IMG/VR virus record: IMGVR_UViG_3300023184_000083
Coordinates: 13,725-77,724 of that record
DNA length: 64,000 bases
Origin: a virus
Direction: 5' to 3' (one strand)
Numbering within the stretch: position 1 is the first letter of the stretch; each line of letters starts with the position of its first letter. The notes under the pieces were generated by a model. That model was not told where the DNA came from. It saw only the letters and a program-made list of their open reading frames with translations, and made no database searches. Of this stretch, positions 27,563 to 36,445 are shown piece by piece. A program made the position numbers and the translations under genes.

Positions 27563-29479
27563 ATGATTCATCTCTATCTGTCGGACGACCACCTTGTGTT
27601 TGACTTCCCGTATGACGCAGAGCAGGTTGCAGAGATAAAGCGCATCAAAGGGGCTAAATGGGACAAGGTTGCCCGAGTTTGGCGCTTGCCCATCACGGCG
27701 TTGGAGGAGAGTCGGGGCTTCGCCGGCCGCCACAACTTCGTCATCTCCTCAGAAGTCATGCTTTTTACGCTGCCCAAGCACAACAACTCCGAAACCAACG
27801 GCGTATATATCAAGGGCGATTGGGTATATCTTGCTTTTGACTACGACCCAGTACGTGTTCGTTCAGTAAAACAAATTGCTGGCATCACTTGGCATGCGAA
27901 GACCAAGGCGTGGAGAGCCCCGATGGCGAGCATCTCCGAGGTAGTGGGTTGGGCAACCACCTTCAAGCAGCCTATTGAAAGCAATGTTACTGACATGCTC
28001 AACCAAATAGAGAGTTCTCTTACAGAACTAAAGGACGCATCACGAATGGTTGATGCTGAACTTGAAGTGGCGGGACTACCGCTGCTGCCGTACCAGAGGG
28101 CTGGAGTTGCATACGCATCTAACGCACGGCGCACATTCATTGCCGATGAAATGGGATTGGGGAAAACTCTACAGGCGATTGCGACACTGGAGTATGTTTA
28201 TGATTCCTACCCAGCAGTTGTCGTGTGTCCTGCAACGCTCGTTCTTAACTGGAAAGCCGAATACAACAGGTGGCTTCCTTCTCGCAAGGTCGCAGTAGTA
28301 ACTGACCGCAAGGAATTTCCGACAGAATATGATGTAGTTGTTATAAGTTATTCTAACCTTAATCACTGGGAAAAGCAACTTCTAAATCACCAATCTTATG
28401 TTTTTGATGAAAGTCATTACTGCAAGACCCCAACAGCACAGCGAACGAAGTCAGCCGTGAAGATTGCACGGACAGCCCCGGCGGCGGGAATTGTCTTGTG
28501 TTTGACGGGGACACCAGTAACCAACCGACCAGCAGAATATGCAAGCCAACTTAGAATCATTGGTCAGTTAGACAAGTTCGGTGGGGAGTGGGGTTTCTAC
28601 AGGAGATACTGCGCTGCGTTCAAAGACAAATGGGGACAATGGCATCTTGAGGGTCACTCTCATCTTGATGAACTCAACGAACGACTGCGTTCTACTTGTT
28701 ACATCAGGCGTACAAAAGAGCAGGTTCTTACTGATTTGCCACCCGTGATGCACGACCCCATCGTCGTTGACGGGACTGCTGCCGGCCTACGTGAGTACAA
28801 AAAGGCAGAAGATGACATTGTTGAATACTTGGTACAGCGCGCTAAAGAGATTGCGTTGGAACTTGGTAAGTCTCCTAACTCGGCAGCGGTCGTAGCGAGA
28901 ATCAAAGCCGAATCAAATCAACACCTCGTTCGTCTCTCAGTTTTGCGTCGCTTGTCAGCAAAAGCGAAGATGCCAGCAATTATTGACTGGGTAGAGTCCC
29001 GTGTGGCGGAGGGCCGCAAAGTCGTAATCGCCGCTCACCACAGAGATGTAGTTGATGAGTTAGCCAAGAAGTTCGGCAACTTGCGAATCCAAGGCGGCAT
29101 GGACATTGAGGAGATTGAGAAGCAGAAGAACCTGTTCATGACTTTGCCGGCCGCAGAGGCCCCGTGCATCGTGCTGAGCATCCAAGCAGCCAAGACTGGT
29201 CACAACCTTCAGGTGGCTCAGGATGTGCTGTTCGTGGAACTCCCATGGACGCCTGCTGATGTAGACCAGACTTACAGTAGATGTCATAGATTGGGGCAGA
29301 AGTCGTCAGTCACGGCTACATACATGTTATGTGCTGGAACGATTGATGAAGAAATCTACTCGCTGATTGAACGTAAGCGGGGCGTAGTAAACCAAGCAGT
29401 TGATGGTGTTGCATACACAGAGTCAGATGCTGTGTCTGACTTGGTTATGAGTAGATTGTTTAAGGAAATTAACGATTAA
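27563..29479 (+). CDS. SNF2-family helicase with N-terminal HARP-like repeats
   Basis: ADEMGLGKT, DESH, LTGTP, Q..SRCHRLGQ; two N-terminal F.YD....IK.I.G..W....K.W repeats. Confidence 0.9.
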   Translation: MIHLYLSDDHLVFDFPYDAEQVAEIKRIKGAKWDKVARVWRLPITALEESRGFAGRHNFVISSEVMLFTLPKHNNSETNGVYIKGDWVYLAFDYDPVRVRSVKQIAGITWHAKTKAWRAPMASISEVVGWATTFKQPIESNVTDMLNQIESSLTELKDASRMVDAELEVAGLPLLPYQRAGVAYASNARRTFIADEMGLGKTLQAIATLEYVYDSYPAVVVCPATLVLNWKAEYNRWLPSRKVAVVTDRKEFPTEYDVVVISYSNLNHWEKQLLNHQSYVFDESHYCKTPTAQRTKSAVKIARTAPAAGIVLCLTGTPVTNRPAEYASQLRIIGQLDKFGGEWGFYRRYCAAFKDKWGQWHLEGHSHLDELNERLRSTCYIRRTKEQVLTDLPPVMHDPIVVDGTAAGLREYKKAEDDIVEYLVQRAKEIALELGKSPNSAAVVARIKAESNQHLVRLSVLRRLSAKAKMPAIIDWVESRVAEGRKVVIAAHHRDVVDELAKKFGNLRIQGGMDIEEIEKQKNLFMTLPAAEAPCIVLSIQAAKTGHNLQVAQDVLFVELPWTPADVDQTYSRCHRLGQKSSVTATYMLCAGTIDEEIYSLIERKRGVVNQAVDGVAYTESDAVSDLVMSRLFKEIND

Positions 29480-29584
29480 GGAATTCCTTTCCGCCACCGT
29501 TGCCACTTCAGGAAAAACTATTCTGGGGTTCTCCTCCGGGGCTTTTGCTTTTAATATTTAATTTAATGCTTTTATACCCTAAAG

Positions 29585-29618
29585 CGAACATACGTTCTGT
29601 TGATAAATCTGTGGATAA
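29585..29618. promoter_or_regulatory. LexA-type SOS box + two DnaA boxes
   Basis: CGAAC-ATAC-GTTCT; TGTTGATAA 29598; TGTGGATAA 29610. Confidence 0.65.
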
Positions 29619-29669
29619 TTTTTTTGAATAAAGGTTGCAATTACCCTTAATAACAGATAACTTGAAGGT

Positions 29670-29873
29670 ATGAAAGAAGCAGTAAAGCAAGTAGTCCAAG
29701 CCGCAGAAGCCCTTACTCAGGCACTCAAGGCGCTAAACCCCGAAGGGGCTCTCCCTTCCTACTGGAACCCACACCCAACGGGCTGGTCGGACACGGCGCT
29801 CCCTTGGTCGGACACGCTGGTCTCCAACGCTCTCCACTACGCATCAGCGCTCACAACGGAAGAGGAAGAGTGA
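29670..29873 (+). CDS. hypothetical protein (leaderless)
   Basis: ATG at +1 of promoter. Confidence 0.55.
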   Translation: MKEAVKQVVQAAEALTQALKALNPEGALPSYWNPHPTGWSDTALPWSDTLVSNALHYASALTTEEEE

Positions 29874-29955
29874 CGGCGGTCTAGTGCCGAGAGTTGCAAT
29901 AAGTGACGGGTGCGGTGCTATGCTCGTTAGATAGATTTAACCGAGAGGCAAAGAT

Positions 29956-30981
29956 ATGGCACACGAACTTGAGATGACCAGCAGCGGGGCTGCAAAGATA
30001 GCATATGCAGACCGAGAGGTTCCTTGGCACAGACTGGGGAAGCCGATGAAAGGCTTGCAGACAGCAGAGGCGATGCTAGAAGCCGCCGAAGCCGACTTTG
30101 ATGTTGTGCTCACAAAGGTTGCATCAGTAGACGAAAATGGGAACTTCATTCGGAACCCAGATGGTAGTCCCGTCATTGTTGAAGACAGCCGTGCAACGGT
30201 CAGGGTTAATCAAGATGGAACGTTTGATGGTTTAGCCACAGTTGGAACACGTTTCGTTGTTCAGCAAAACAAGGAGTGTTTAGAGCGAGCATTGTCTATC
30301 GTTGGCGCATCCAAGGGCGATGCTCTCGTAGACACTTGCGGTGTACTCAACGGCGGTCGTGAGTTCTTCGCCTGCCTTGACCTCGGTGCTTTGGTTATTG
30401 ACCCCAAGGGTGTGAACGACAAGATTGAGCGATACATCCTCGTTCGCAACGGTCATGACGGCAAGACAGCAATCACCTACGCAAACACGTCTATCCGTGC
30501 CGTTTGCAAGAACACCGTTATCTCCGGTCTCGGGGCCTCGTCACGTGTGTTCACAGCCAGACACACTCGTAATGCCGAATCAGCACTGGAAGACGCACAC
30601 ACGGTATTAAACATCTCCGTTGAATGGGCTTTAGAGTTTCAAAAAATGGCAGAGCAGATGCTTTCTATTCCCGTATTGACAGGTTCACCACAACTTGATA
30701 AACTGATTTTCGGGATATTCCCCGAGAAGCCAAGCGAGACAGAACGTCAACGCAAGAACCGAGAAGAAGTACACCTTGCAGTTCGTGGCTTGTTCCTCAG
30801 CAATAAAAATGCTGGTGGTTACGGGTTTAACGGTTGGTCGGCATACAATGCAGTTGGTGAATACCTTGACCACTACCGAGAAGCCCCGGTTAAAGATAGA
30901 GCAATGTCTTCAATGGACCTCAACTCGTGGGTGTCAAAGAAGAAGTTGGAAGCGCAAAGCCGTATCCTTGCGCTCGCATAA
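29956..30981 (+). CDS. DUF932 / TIGR03299-like protein
   Basis: MAHE...PWH.LG...QN.E...NGHDG...R.VC.NT...RHT...W.AYNAV.EY.DH. Confidence 0.85.
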   Translation: MAHELEMTSSGAAKIAYADREVPWHRLGKPMKGLQTAEAMLEAAEADFDVVLTKVASVDENGNFIRNPDGSPVIVEDSRATVRVNQDGTFDGLATVGTRFVVQQNKECLERALSIVGASKGDALVDTCGVLNGGREFFACLDLGALVIDPKGVNDKIERYILVRNGHDGKTAITYANTSIRAVCKNTVISGLGASSRVFTARHTRNAESALEDAHTVLNISVEWALEFQKMAEQMLSIPVLTGSPQLDKLIFGIFPEKPSETERQRKNREEVHLAVRGLFLSNKNAGGYGFNGWSAYNAVGEYLDHYREAPVKDRAMSSMDLNSWVSKKKLEAQSRILALA

Positions 30982-31025
30982 CGGGCTCAAGTGGGACAAT
31001 GGTATTGTCCTAGTAAGGAGGGGTT

Positions 31026-31454
31026 ATGGAACCCGATGATGAAGATTTTTTCTTTGGATTAGAAAATAACGTTCCACCCGAAGTGTTGGCTGAGTTTATT
31101 AGCACCTTCATGAGTTCGGCATCCCTCGCTGAAGGGCTTTACCGCAGGGCGTTTTGCGATGTTGTTGCTGGTCGCATTTACCACGACTTTGGTGCAGAAG
31201 GTCTTTGTGACCTGATGATTTCACTGGATAAACGGGGCTCGTGGATTTCAGACATTCTGTTTGAGTCGCCAGACCTAGAGGACATTGCCTTCAATAAGTA
31301 CGGCGTATACGATGACGACATCACCATTAAGGCACGCAATACAAAAGCAATGCAAGAGATGAACGTCAAGATGTGGCGGTTACGTAAGAAGTATGCCAAG
31401 TTGATTGTTGATGAAATCATTGCCGGCGAATCTGGAGTCCCGAAGCCGCAATGA
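31026..31454 (+). CDS. hypothetical protein
   Basis: AAGGAGG RBS. Confidence 0.65.
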   Translation: MEPDDEDFFFGLENNVPPEVLAEFISTFMSSASLAEGLYRRAFCDVVAGRIYHDFGAEGLCDLMISLDKRGSWISDILFESPDLEDIAFNKYGVYDDDITIKARNTKAMQEMNVKMWRLRKKYAKLIVDEIIAGESGVPKPQ

Positions 31455-31735
31455 GCATTCGCTGGTGGATACATCAAGATTGGGTTCCCCCATTTAGCAA
31501 GCGGGTGGAAGAGGAGATGAAGAACTTCCTCAGTCACGAGTGGGAGAAGCGGTACATAACCAGCAACCCAAAGGCTACTTTTGTCCCTTTCTACACAGCC
31601 TGCAAGAACTGCACCGCCGTTACTAGCGATGAGTCCCAGAAGTATCCGTGCGGGACTATCCCGCCAAAGGTTTCTTACTCGGAGTACGCCTCACGAATGA
31701 AAGAACTTGGCAGAGAGTCAGAACTCCCCAAATAG
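31451..31735 (+). CDS. hypothetical protein
   Basis: ATGA overlap. Confidence 0.55.
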   Translation: MSIRWWIHQDWVPPFSKRVEEEMKNFLSHEWEKRYITSNPKATFVPFYTACKNCTAVTSDESQKYPCGTIPPKVSYSEYASRMKELGRESELPK

Positions 31736-31773
31736 AAAAGCCAGCCCCCATTACGAGGCTGGCTCCCTATCGG

Positions 31774-31980
31774 TTAGACCGTTTGTAGTGGGATATGTAC
31801 TGGAAGTCCCCATGTCTCGCACCAAATGTTTGCGAGGTTTTGAGCCTGAGTCTCGTCTAGGCAGGGGATTGTGTAGGTGAAGGAGTCTGATGCGTCTCCC
31901 GTGGGGGATGATACCCACACTTCTACTTGCTGTCCAATCGCTTGAACATGTACTGGTGTGCCTTTATATGCTGTTTTCAT
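31774..31980 (-). CDS. hypothetical protein (leaderless single-gene cassette)
   Basis: ATG at +1 of repeated promoter; hairpin 31739-31764 downstream. Confidence 0.6.
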   Translation of the reverse strand: MKTAYKGTPVHVQAIGQQVEVWVSSPTGDASDSFTYTIPCLDETQAQNLANIWCETWGLPVHIPLQTV

Positions 31981-32017
31981 ATCTTCAATCTATCCCTTAT
32001 TAAGGGTAATTGCAACC

Positions 32018-32362
32018 TTATACAAGAGGATATTTTCGCCAACCGATGGGCATTCCATCCTCATCATCGGGCGCATCATCGTCCCAGAAGGGAATCTCTC
32101 CAAGAAGTCCCGCTGCACGTGCAATATCTCCAAAGTTGGTGGAGCGATTTTCGTTAGTAAGCAAGTCTTCTAGGTTCTGCATCCAAGATGCTGCCCAAAA
32201 CTCCTGCGAGTGAAACTTCATAGCGATAGGGAGTAGTTCACGCAGGCTCGCACGGAGTTGTCCAATTTGTTCTTCCTGATGGTGACTGTGTTGAATCCAC
32301 CATTTTAGAGCCTTGCGTTGCTCTGCTGATTTTTCTGCTGGTGGCAGGTCAGGCATTTCCAT
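32018..32362 (-). CDS. hypothetical protein
   Basis: GGAG RBS. Confidence 0.5.
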   Translation of the reverse strand: MEMPDLPPAEKSAEQRKALKWWIQHSHHQEEQIGQLRASLRELLPIAMKFHSQEFWAASWMQNLEDLLTNENRSTNFGDIARAAGLLGEIPFWDDDAPDDEDGMPIGWRKYPLV

Positions 32363-32531
32363 TATTTACTCCGTAGTATTTGTCGTGGTTTGTCATGAGT
32401 GTTTCCATGGTCTCTTTGCAAACGGGGCATCTCGGCGGCCGCCAGTCCAATGCGTGTGATGGCACTTCTCCGCACTGGCAGGAAAGTATTACTTCAACAC
32501 CCCATGTGTCAGCAAGAGACTTGCGACTCAC
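32349..32531 (-). CDS. Zn-ribbon protein
   Basis: CQCG...CPVC. Confidence 0.5.
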   Translation of the reverse strand: MSRKSLADTWGVEVILSCQCGEVPSHALDWRPPRCPVCKETMETLMTNHDKYYGVNNGNA

Positions 32532-32642
32532 TTACGCTTCTTTTTAATTACATAGCCATTTGCTTTGAGGTCTTTGATAATCATTTCAGGCATGCCGTGC
32601 CATAAAGGGATACCGCAACGAGTCAGTGAGCGAGCAATAATG

Positions 32643-32873
32643 TCAAGTTTTTTCTTTGAATGTAGAATCATTACGCCATTGTATTCCATTTTTTGCGTGA
32701 ACACAACCGTAAGCAAGTGCTCCGAAGATGAATCCATACTGCTTGGTGACGATTGCGTAGACCATCCACAAGCACTCGTTAGTGAAAGCAATGCCCCAAG
32801 CCCACCAGTGCTTCTTTCCGACAAGCCAGAGTCCCGTGACACCCAGACCACTAAGTAGCCACGACCACCACAT
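32643..32873 (-). CDS. PnuC-like small membrane protein
   Basis: WSWLL...G..G.WL.G.K.WW.W......LW..Y; coupled to thyX. Confidence 0.6.
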   Translation of the reverse strand: MWWSWLLSGLGVTGLWLVGKKHWWAWGIAFTNECLWMVYAIVTKQYGFIFGALAYGCVHAKNGIQWRNDSTFKEKT

Positions 32874-33574
32874 CAAGGGCAGACTTTGCCGTTTACTACC
32901 CACGCTTCGTAGGTGATTGGCATTATTTCAGCAAAAACATTCTCAATCTCATGGACATACTGACGGATGTCGTACTGAGCAGAGTTATCCGTACGCAGAG
33001 ACAGAAAGTTCAGTAGCGACCTCGCATTGACTGTCCAGTAAAACTCGGTGTACATGCCGACAGGGAGCACTGTTCTAGCCAGTTCTTTTGCTACGCCCAT
33101 CTGAAGCAGGGATAGATAAGAGGCATAAGCATGCTCGTTGGCATCTTTAATGACCTTGATAGCCGACTCAGCCAACTCAGAATCAGTTTCATACATAGGT
33201 TCAAAGGAGTAAGAACCAGGCTTGCCAATCTGTGTTCGGACATCTTTGTACTCTGGAACAAAAAACGTATTCGGGGCCTCTGAATAACGTGCGGAGAATT
33301 CGTTGAAGGAGCCGATGCGGTGACGAAACCATTCACGGGCTACAAAGATTGGACACTTCACATGAAAGCGAAAGGCGTTGTGCTCAAACGGAGTTCCATG
33401 ACGCTCACGCATCAAGAAGTTAATTAGGCCGATACCTGACTCGTCAAGTTCCTCAGATTTTTTACCAAAGGACACCCGTGCAGAGTTGACCACGGAAAGG
33501 TCGTCTGCTAAACAGCCGTCAAGCCTAATAAAACCATTACCAATATCTGCGTAGAAATGTTCGTAACTCTTCAT
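32873..33574 (-). CDS. thyX: flavin-dependent thymidylate synthase
   Basis: ARVS, H.TPFEH, PIFVAREWFRHR.GSFNEFSARY, ELAR.VLP, NARSL.NF..LR...AQ..IR. Confidence 0.95.
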   Translation of the reverse strand: MKSYEHFYADIGNGFIRLDGCLADDLSVVNSARVSFGKKSEELDESGIGLINFLMRERHGTPFEHNAFRFHVKCPIFVAREWFRHRIGSFNEFSARYSEAPNTFFVPEYKDVRTQIGKPGSYSFEPMYETDSELAESAIKVIKDANEHAYASYLSLLQMGVAKELARTVLPVGMYTEFYWTVNARSLLNFLSLRTDNSAQYDIRQYVHEIENVFAEIMPITYEAWVVNGKVCP

Positions 33575-33593
33575 GAGAAGAGCATAGCGAATA

Positions 33594-34655
33594 TCAGCCT
33601 TTCCCGCTAGAGGTACTCCAGTTTTTAATGCCATCATCCGTGTTATCCATAAGGTATTTAGCGACCTTCAGGTTGCAGTTAACATTGAGTAGAGCAGTCA
33701 TATCGCCGTACTTTGACTTGCACACATCTGATGTGACTGCCTTCCAAGAACTATTGATTTGTACCAGCCCATAGTCTCGTGAACCATTGGCGTTCGGCTT
33801 TGACACAATCTTTTCGTTGCAGCGGGACTCTCTCCATGCGATGTAAGAAAACTGCTCAACAGGAAGCCCATAAAAGCGAAACTTTGGTTCCCACTTGGAG
33901 CATCGCTTTGATTTGTCGCTTGGCACACCCGTGAGATATGATGGAAGCATCGGAACATTTGCTGTGTGAATGTTGTGCTTCTTTAGATAAGCAAGATGTG
34001 CTCCTCGTGTTTTCATCCCGTAATGACCGTCAGATGTTATTCGGAGATACTTTTGCAAGTCGCCCACCATGACACTCTTCTCATTGAAAGAGTAAGGCAT
34101 GTCAAGAATCAGAGCAGGGTTGTAGTAGTAGGTATTGGGTCTGCCACCAGCGCAATGCAATGCTCCCCATCCATTGAAACCAACTGGGTCTTTTTTGTGT
34201 AAGTAGGTTGCAGGCACTCCGTGGATTCTGGCCCATTCGGGGTCCCGGGTTATCGTCGTTGAATAACCAAGCGTTGACACACGCTGAGCAACTATGATTT
34301 GTTCTTCCTTGGTTGCTTTGTCAGGAGTAGGAGCAAACTCTTTTCCTCCCCAGTTTTCCCAAGTACCTTGATAGATGCCTAAACCACCTGCAAACTTGCC
34401 ACCGTTTTGCCAGTTGCTATTTGTTTCACACCTAGCGAGTTTGTCCCAGAAGATTCCGAACGCACGGGGCTTGTCAGTCCGGGGGAGATTGTTTTTGTCA
34501 GCAAGAGTTGGAACCGTCTTGGCTTCTTGTGCGGGTGCAACTGAAGCAGGCACCTCGGGCGATGCTTTACTTTTGCTCACCCCCAACAACATGAATATTG
34601 TTAGTAATGGCAATAAAGATAAAGCGGTAGCCCGAAGGCGCAAGTGGTTTCTCAA
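33594..34655 (-). CDS. exported two-domain lytic transglycosylase: Rpf-like + PG-binding + SLT
   Basis: Signal/TM; WDKLARCE...W...GG...TW...GG...AT.EEQI.VA; LQ..L....DG.YG..T; IAWRES...DYGLVQIN. Confidence 0.8.
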   Translation of the reverse strand: MRNHLRLRATALSLLPLLTIFMLLGVSKSKASPEVPASVAPAQEAKTVPTLADKNNLPRTDKPRAFGIFWDKLARCETNSNWQNGGKFAGGLGIYQGTWENWGGKEFAPTPDKATKEEQIIVAQRVSTLGYSTTITRDPEWARIHGVPATYLHKKDPVGFNGWGALHCAGGRPNTYYYNPALILDMPYSFNEKSVMVGDLQKYLRITSDGHYGMKTRGAHLAYLKKHNIHTANVPMLPSYLTGVPSDKSKRCSKWEPKFRFYGLPVEQFSYIAWRESRCNEKIVSKPNANGSRDYGLVQINSSWKAVTSDVCKSKYGDMTALLNVNCNLKVAKYLMDNTDDGIKNWSTSSGKG

Positions 34656-34850
34656 GGGTGACTCCTGTGTTAGGCGGATAGGTCAACAGGCTTAGTAGTA
34701 GCGCCTGCCTATGTCATAACAGTTGTTTTAACTGGGTAATACAAGTTTATCAAACGGTCACTCGTTGTCAACCACTTGGAAATGCTTGGTACATAAGGGG
34801 TTTATGAAAGCACCTCGGGAAACCCTTGTGCGGTAAGGGTTTAAAAACGG

Positions 34851-35102
34851 CTATTCGCCAATAATTTTATCCATATATTCATTGATGTCTGCAAGGCGCA
34901 ATGTAGCCGTGATTAGCCCATTTTCATCAGTATTAAGTACGTTCAGGTCTAAACATCCGAGGAGATGCATAGCCATGACCTTAAAGTCTCCAATAAGTTC
35001 TTCGTCAGGAATACCTTTAACATCGTCAGGGTCGGTCATGTTGAGCAACATCTCCGCCATGTGATTGATGATTCCGATGCGTGTTTCAAATGTGTCAGCC
35101 AT
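34851..35102 (-). CDS. hypothetical protein
   Basis: 83-aa ORF divergent from ssb. Confidence 0.5.
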   Translation of the reverse strand: MADTFETRIGIINHMAEMLLNMTDPDDVKGIPDEELIGDFKVMAMHLLGCLDLNVLNTDENGLITATLRLADINEYMDKIIGE

Positions 35103-35171
35103 GTGTTGCAATCTATCAGACGGGCATGTAGAGTTCAACCTCGGGAAACTAAAAGAGATAGAGGTAACTAG

Positions 35172-35609
35172 ATGTCACAATCCCAGTCAACAATCATCGG
35201 TAACGTAACGCGGGACCCAGAACTCCAGTACACAACTGGTGGAACCGCAAAGTTGTCATTCAGCATTGCCAGCAACTACGGCTTCAAGGATGCCGCAGGA
35301 GAATGGCAGGAGAAGGTTTCATACTTCAACGTTGTCGCATGGCGCTTTCTTGCAGAGGACACAGCCGCTGTCCTTGAAAAGGGCGTAGGAGTAATGGTCT
35401 CAGGTCGCTTGGAACAGCGTTCATGGGAGGACAAGGAAGGCGAGAAGCGCACCACTGTTGAACTCATCGCTGACTCTATTGGTATCCAAACTCGTTCAAT
35501 TGAGTCATTTGCTCGTAAAGCACGCAAAGACGGAGATGCCGGTAAGTCTTCAGCCCCGAAGCGCACTGCACCAGCAGCAGCAATGGCACCCGAGGACGAG
35601 CCTTTCTGA
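35172..35609 (+). CDS. ssb: single-stranded DNA-binding protein
   Basis: GNVTRDPEL..T..G...V.GRL..R.WE..EG.KR; acidic EDEPF tail; terminator 35654-35682. Confidence 0.95.
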   Translation: MSQSQSTIIGNVTRDPELQYTTGGTAKLSFSIASNYGFKDAAGEWQEKVSYFNVVAWRFLAEDTAAVLEKGVGVMVSGRLEQRSWEDKEGEKRTTVELIADSIGIQTRSIESFARKARKDGDAGKSSAPKRTAPAAAMAPEDEPF

Positions 35610-35680
35610 GCAAGCCCTAGAGGCAGTGTCCGAACATAGCCTCAAAGATAGAGAGCCCATCCCATTAGGGGTGGGCTTTT

Positions 35681-35965
35681 CTATTCCCCCTGAACCCAAT
35701 CCCATGTGCCATCCATTGAAAGGATGACATCGTCAGGCTGACGACAGTCGTTAAGTGTCATGTTAGGGTTAAGTGAAGCAAAGTCATCTGCGTTCCATGT
35801 GAAGTTAAAGTTAAGGTGCACATCGCACTCGGGCTTATCACCCATCTCTGAAACTTTTATGACTCCGATTGTTAGAGCAGAGAGAATACATCCCCAAAAT
35901 GCGAAGCGAACTGTAGAACGAATTGCGAAGTAGATAGGTGAGTGAGTGGTCTTTTTGTTCTTCAT
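35681..35965 (-). CDS. single-TM protein (leaderless cassette)
   Basis: ATG 7 nt after -10 of repeated promoter. Confidence 0.55.
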   Translation of the reverse strand: MKNKKTTHSPIYFAIRSTVRFAFWGCILSALTIGVIKVSEMGDKPECDVHLNFNFTWNADDFASLNPNMTLNDCRQPDDVILSMDGTWDWVQGE

Positions 35966-36016
35966 GTGTATCACTGTATCCGTTATTAGTAACAATTACA
36001 ACATTAGGTAAGAAAA

Positions 36017-36436
36017 ATGTCAGGCTCAACAGAACATAGACGAGCGCCAAGAAGGCAGATAAAAGAGATACAAAAGGTCGGAACATGGGGAAACATTGAG
36101 TACCGCCATATTTTGTCATGTGGTCACATAGAGATTCGTCCACGTGCATCCAGAGCCCCGAAACTTGCATGTGCTTGGTGTTTGCGGGCAGAGGACAAGC
36201 AAATAGAAATGATTGCATTAGCACAACAGCCTCCACGCATTATTGACGACATAGAGTTTTCCAACGAAGAACAGGAAGTGCAGATGATTCGTGGTGCTAT
36301 TGCTAAGAGACTAAATGTTTCTTCGGAAGCAGTTGATGTGGTAGTTCGTGATACTGGTGGTCGTCTAGAAATAATTAACGTCAGGGTATTTCTTTCTGCG
36401 TCTGAAGCACGTAGGATTGCGGGGCAGTCAGCCTGA
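36017..36436 (+). CDS. hypothetical protein with Zn site
   Basis: LSCGH...CAWC. Confidence 0.6.
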   Translation: MSGSTEHRRAPRRQIKEIQKVGTWGNIEYRHILSCGHIEIRPRASRAPKLACAWCLRAEDKQIEMIALAQQPPRIIDDIEFSNEEQEVQMIRGAIAKRLNVSSEAVDVVVRDTGGRLEIINVRVFLSASEARRIAGQSA

Positions 36437-36445
36437 GGAGGTCGC

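Larger units (their letters stand above)
7368..29517 (+). repeat. dispersed polar repeat TTCCGCCACCGTCRCYRCTT(C/G)AG-AAAC, 10 intergenic copies
   Basis: Core at 7372 (variant), 8359, 9364, 12817, 16501, 18815, 22132, 24384, 26611, 29491; all on + strand. Confidence 0.9.
16628..29670 (+). promoter_or_regulatory. rightward copies of repeated early promoter
   Basis: -35 at 16631, 17506, 18069, 18954, 19164, 19752, 20022, 21156, 21584, 22276, 23450, 24082, 24502, 25297, 26329, 26730, 27295, 29635. Confidence 0.85.

Noticed and set aside
7368-29670. Dispersed repeats as a CRISPR array or integron attC sites
   Set aside because: Copies are 0.2-3.7 kb apart, degenerate and not palindromic; no cas or integrase gene in the window
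34656-34740. c-di-AMP (ydaO) riboswitch before the Rpf gene
   Set aside because: Lacks the GCUGAAUCC and GGGGAACC conserved blocks; too short
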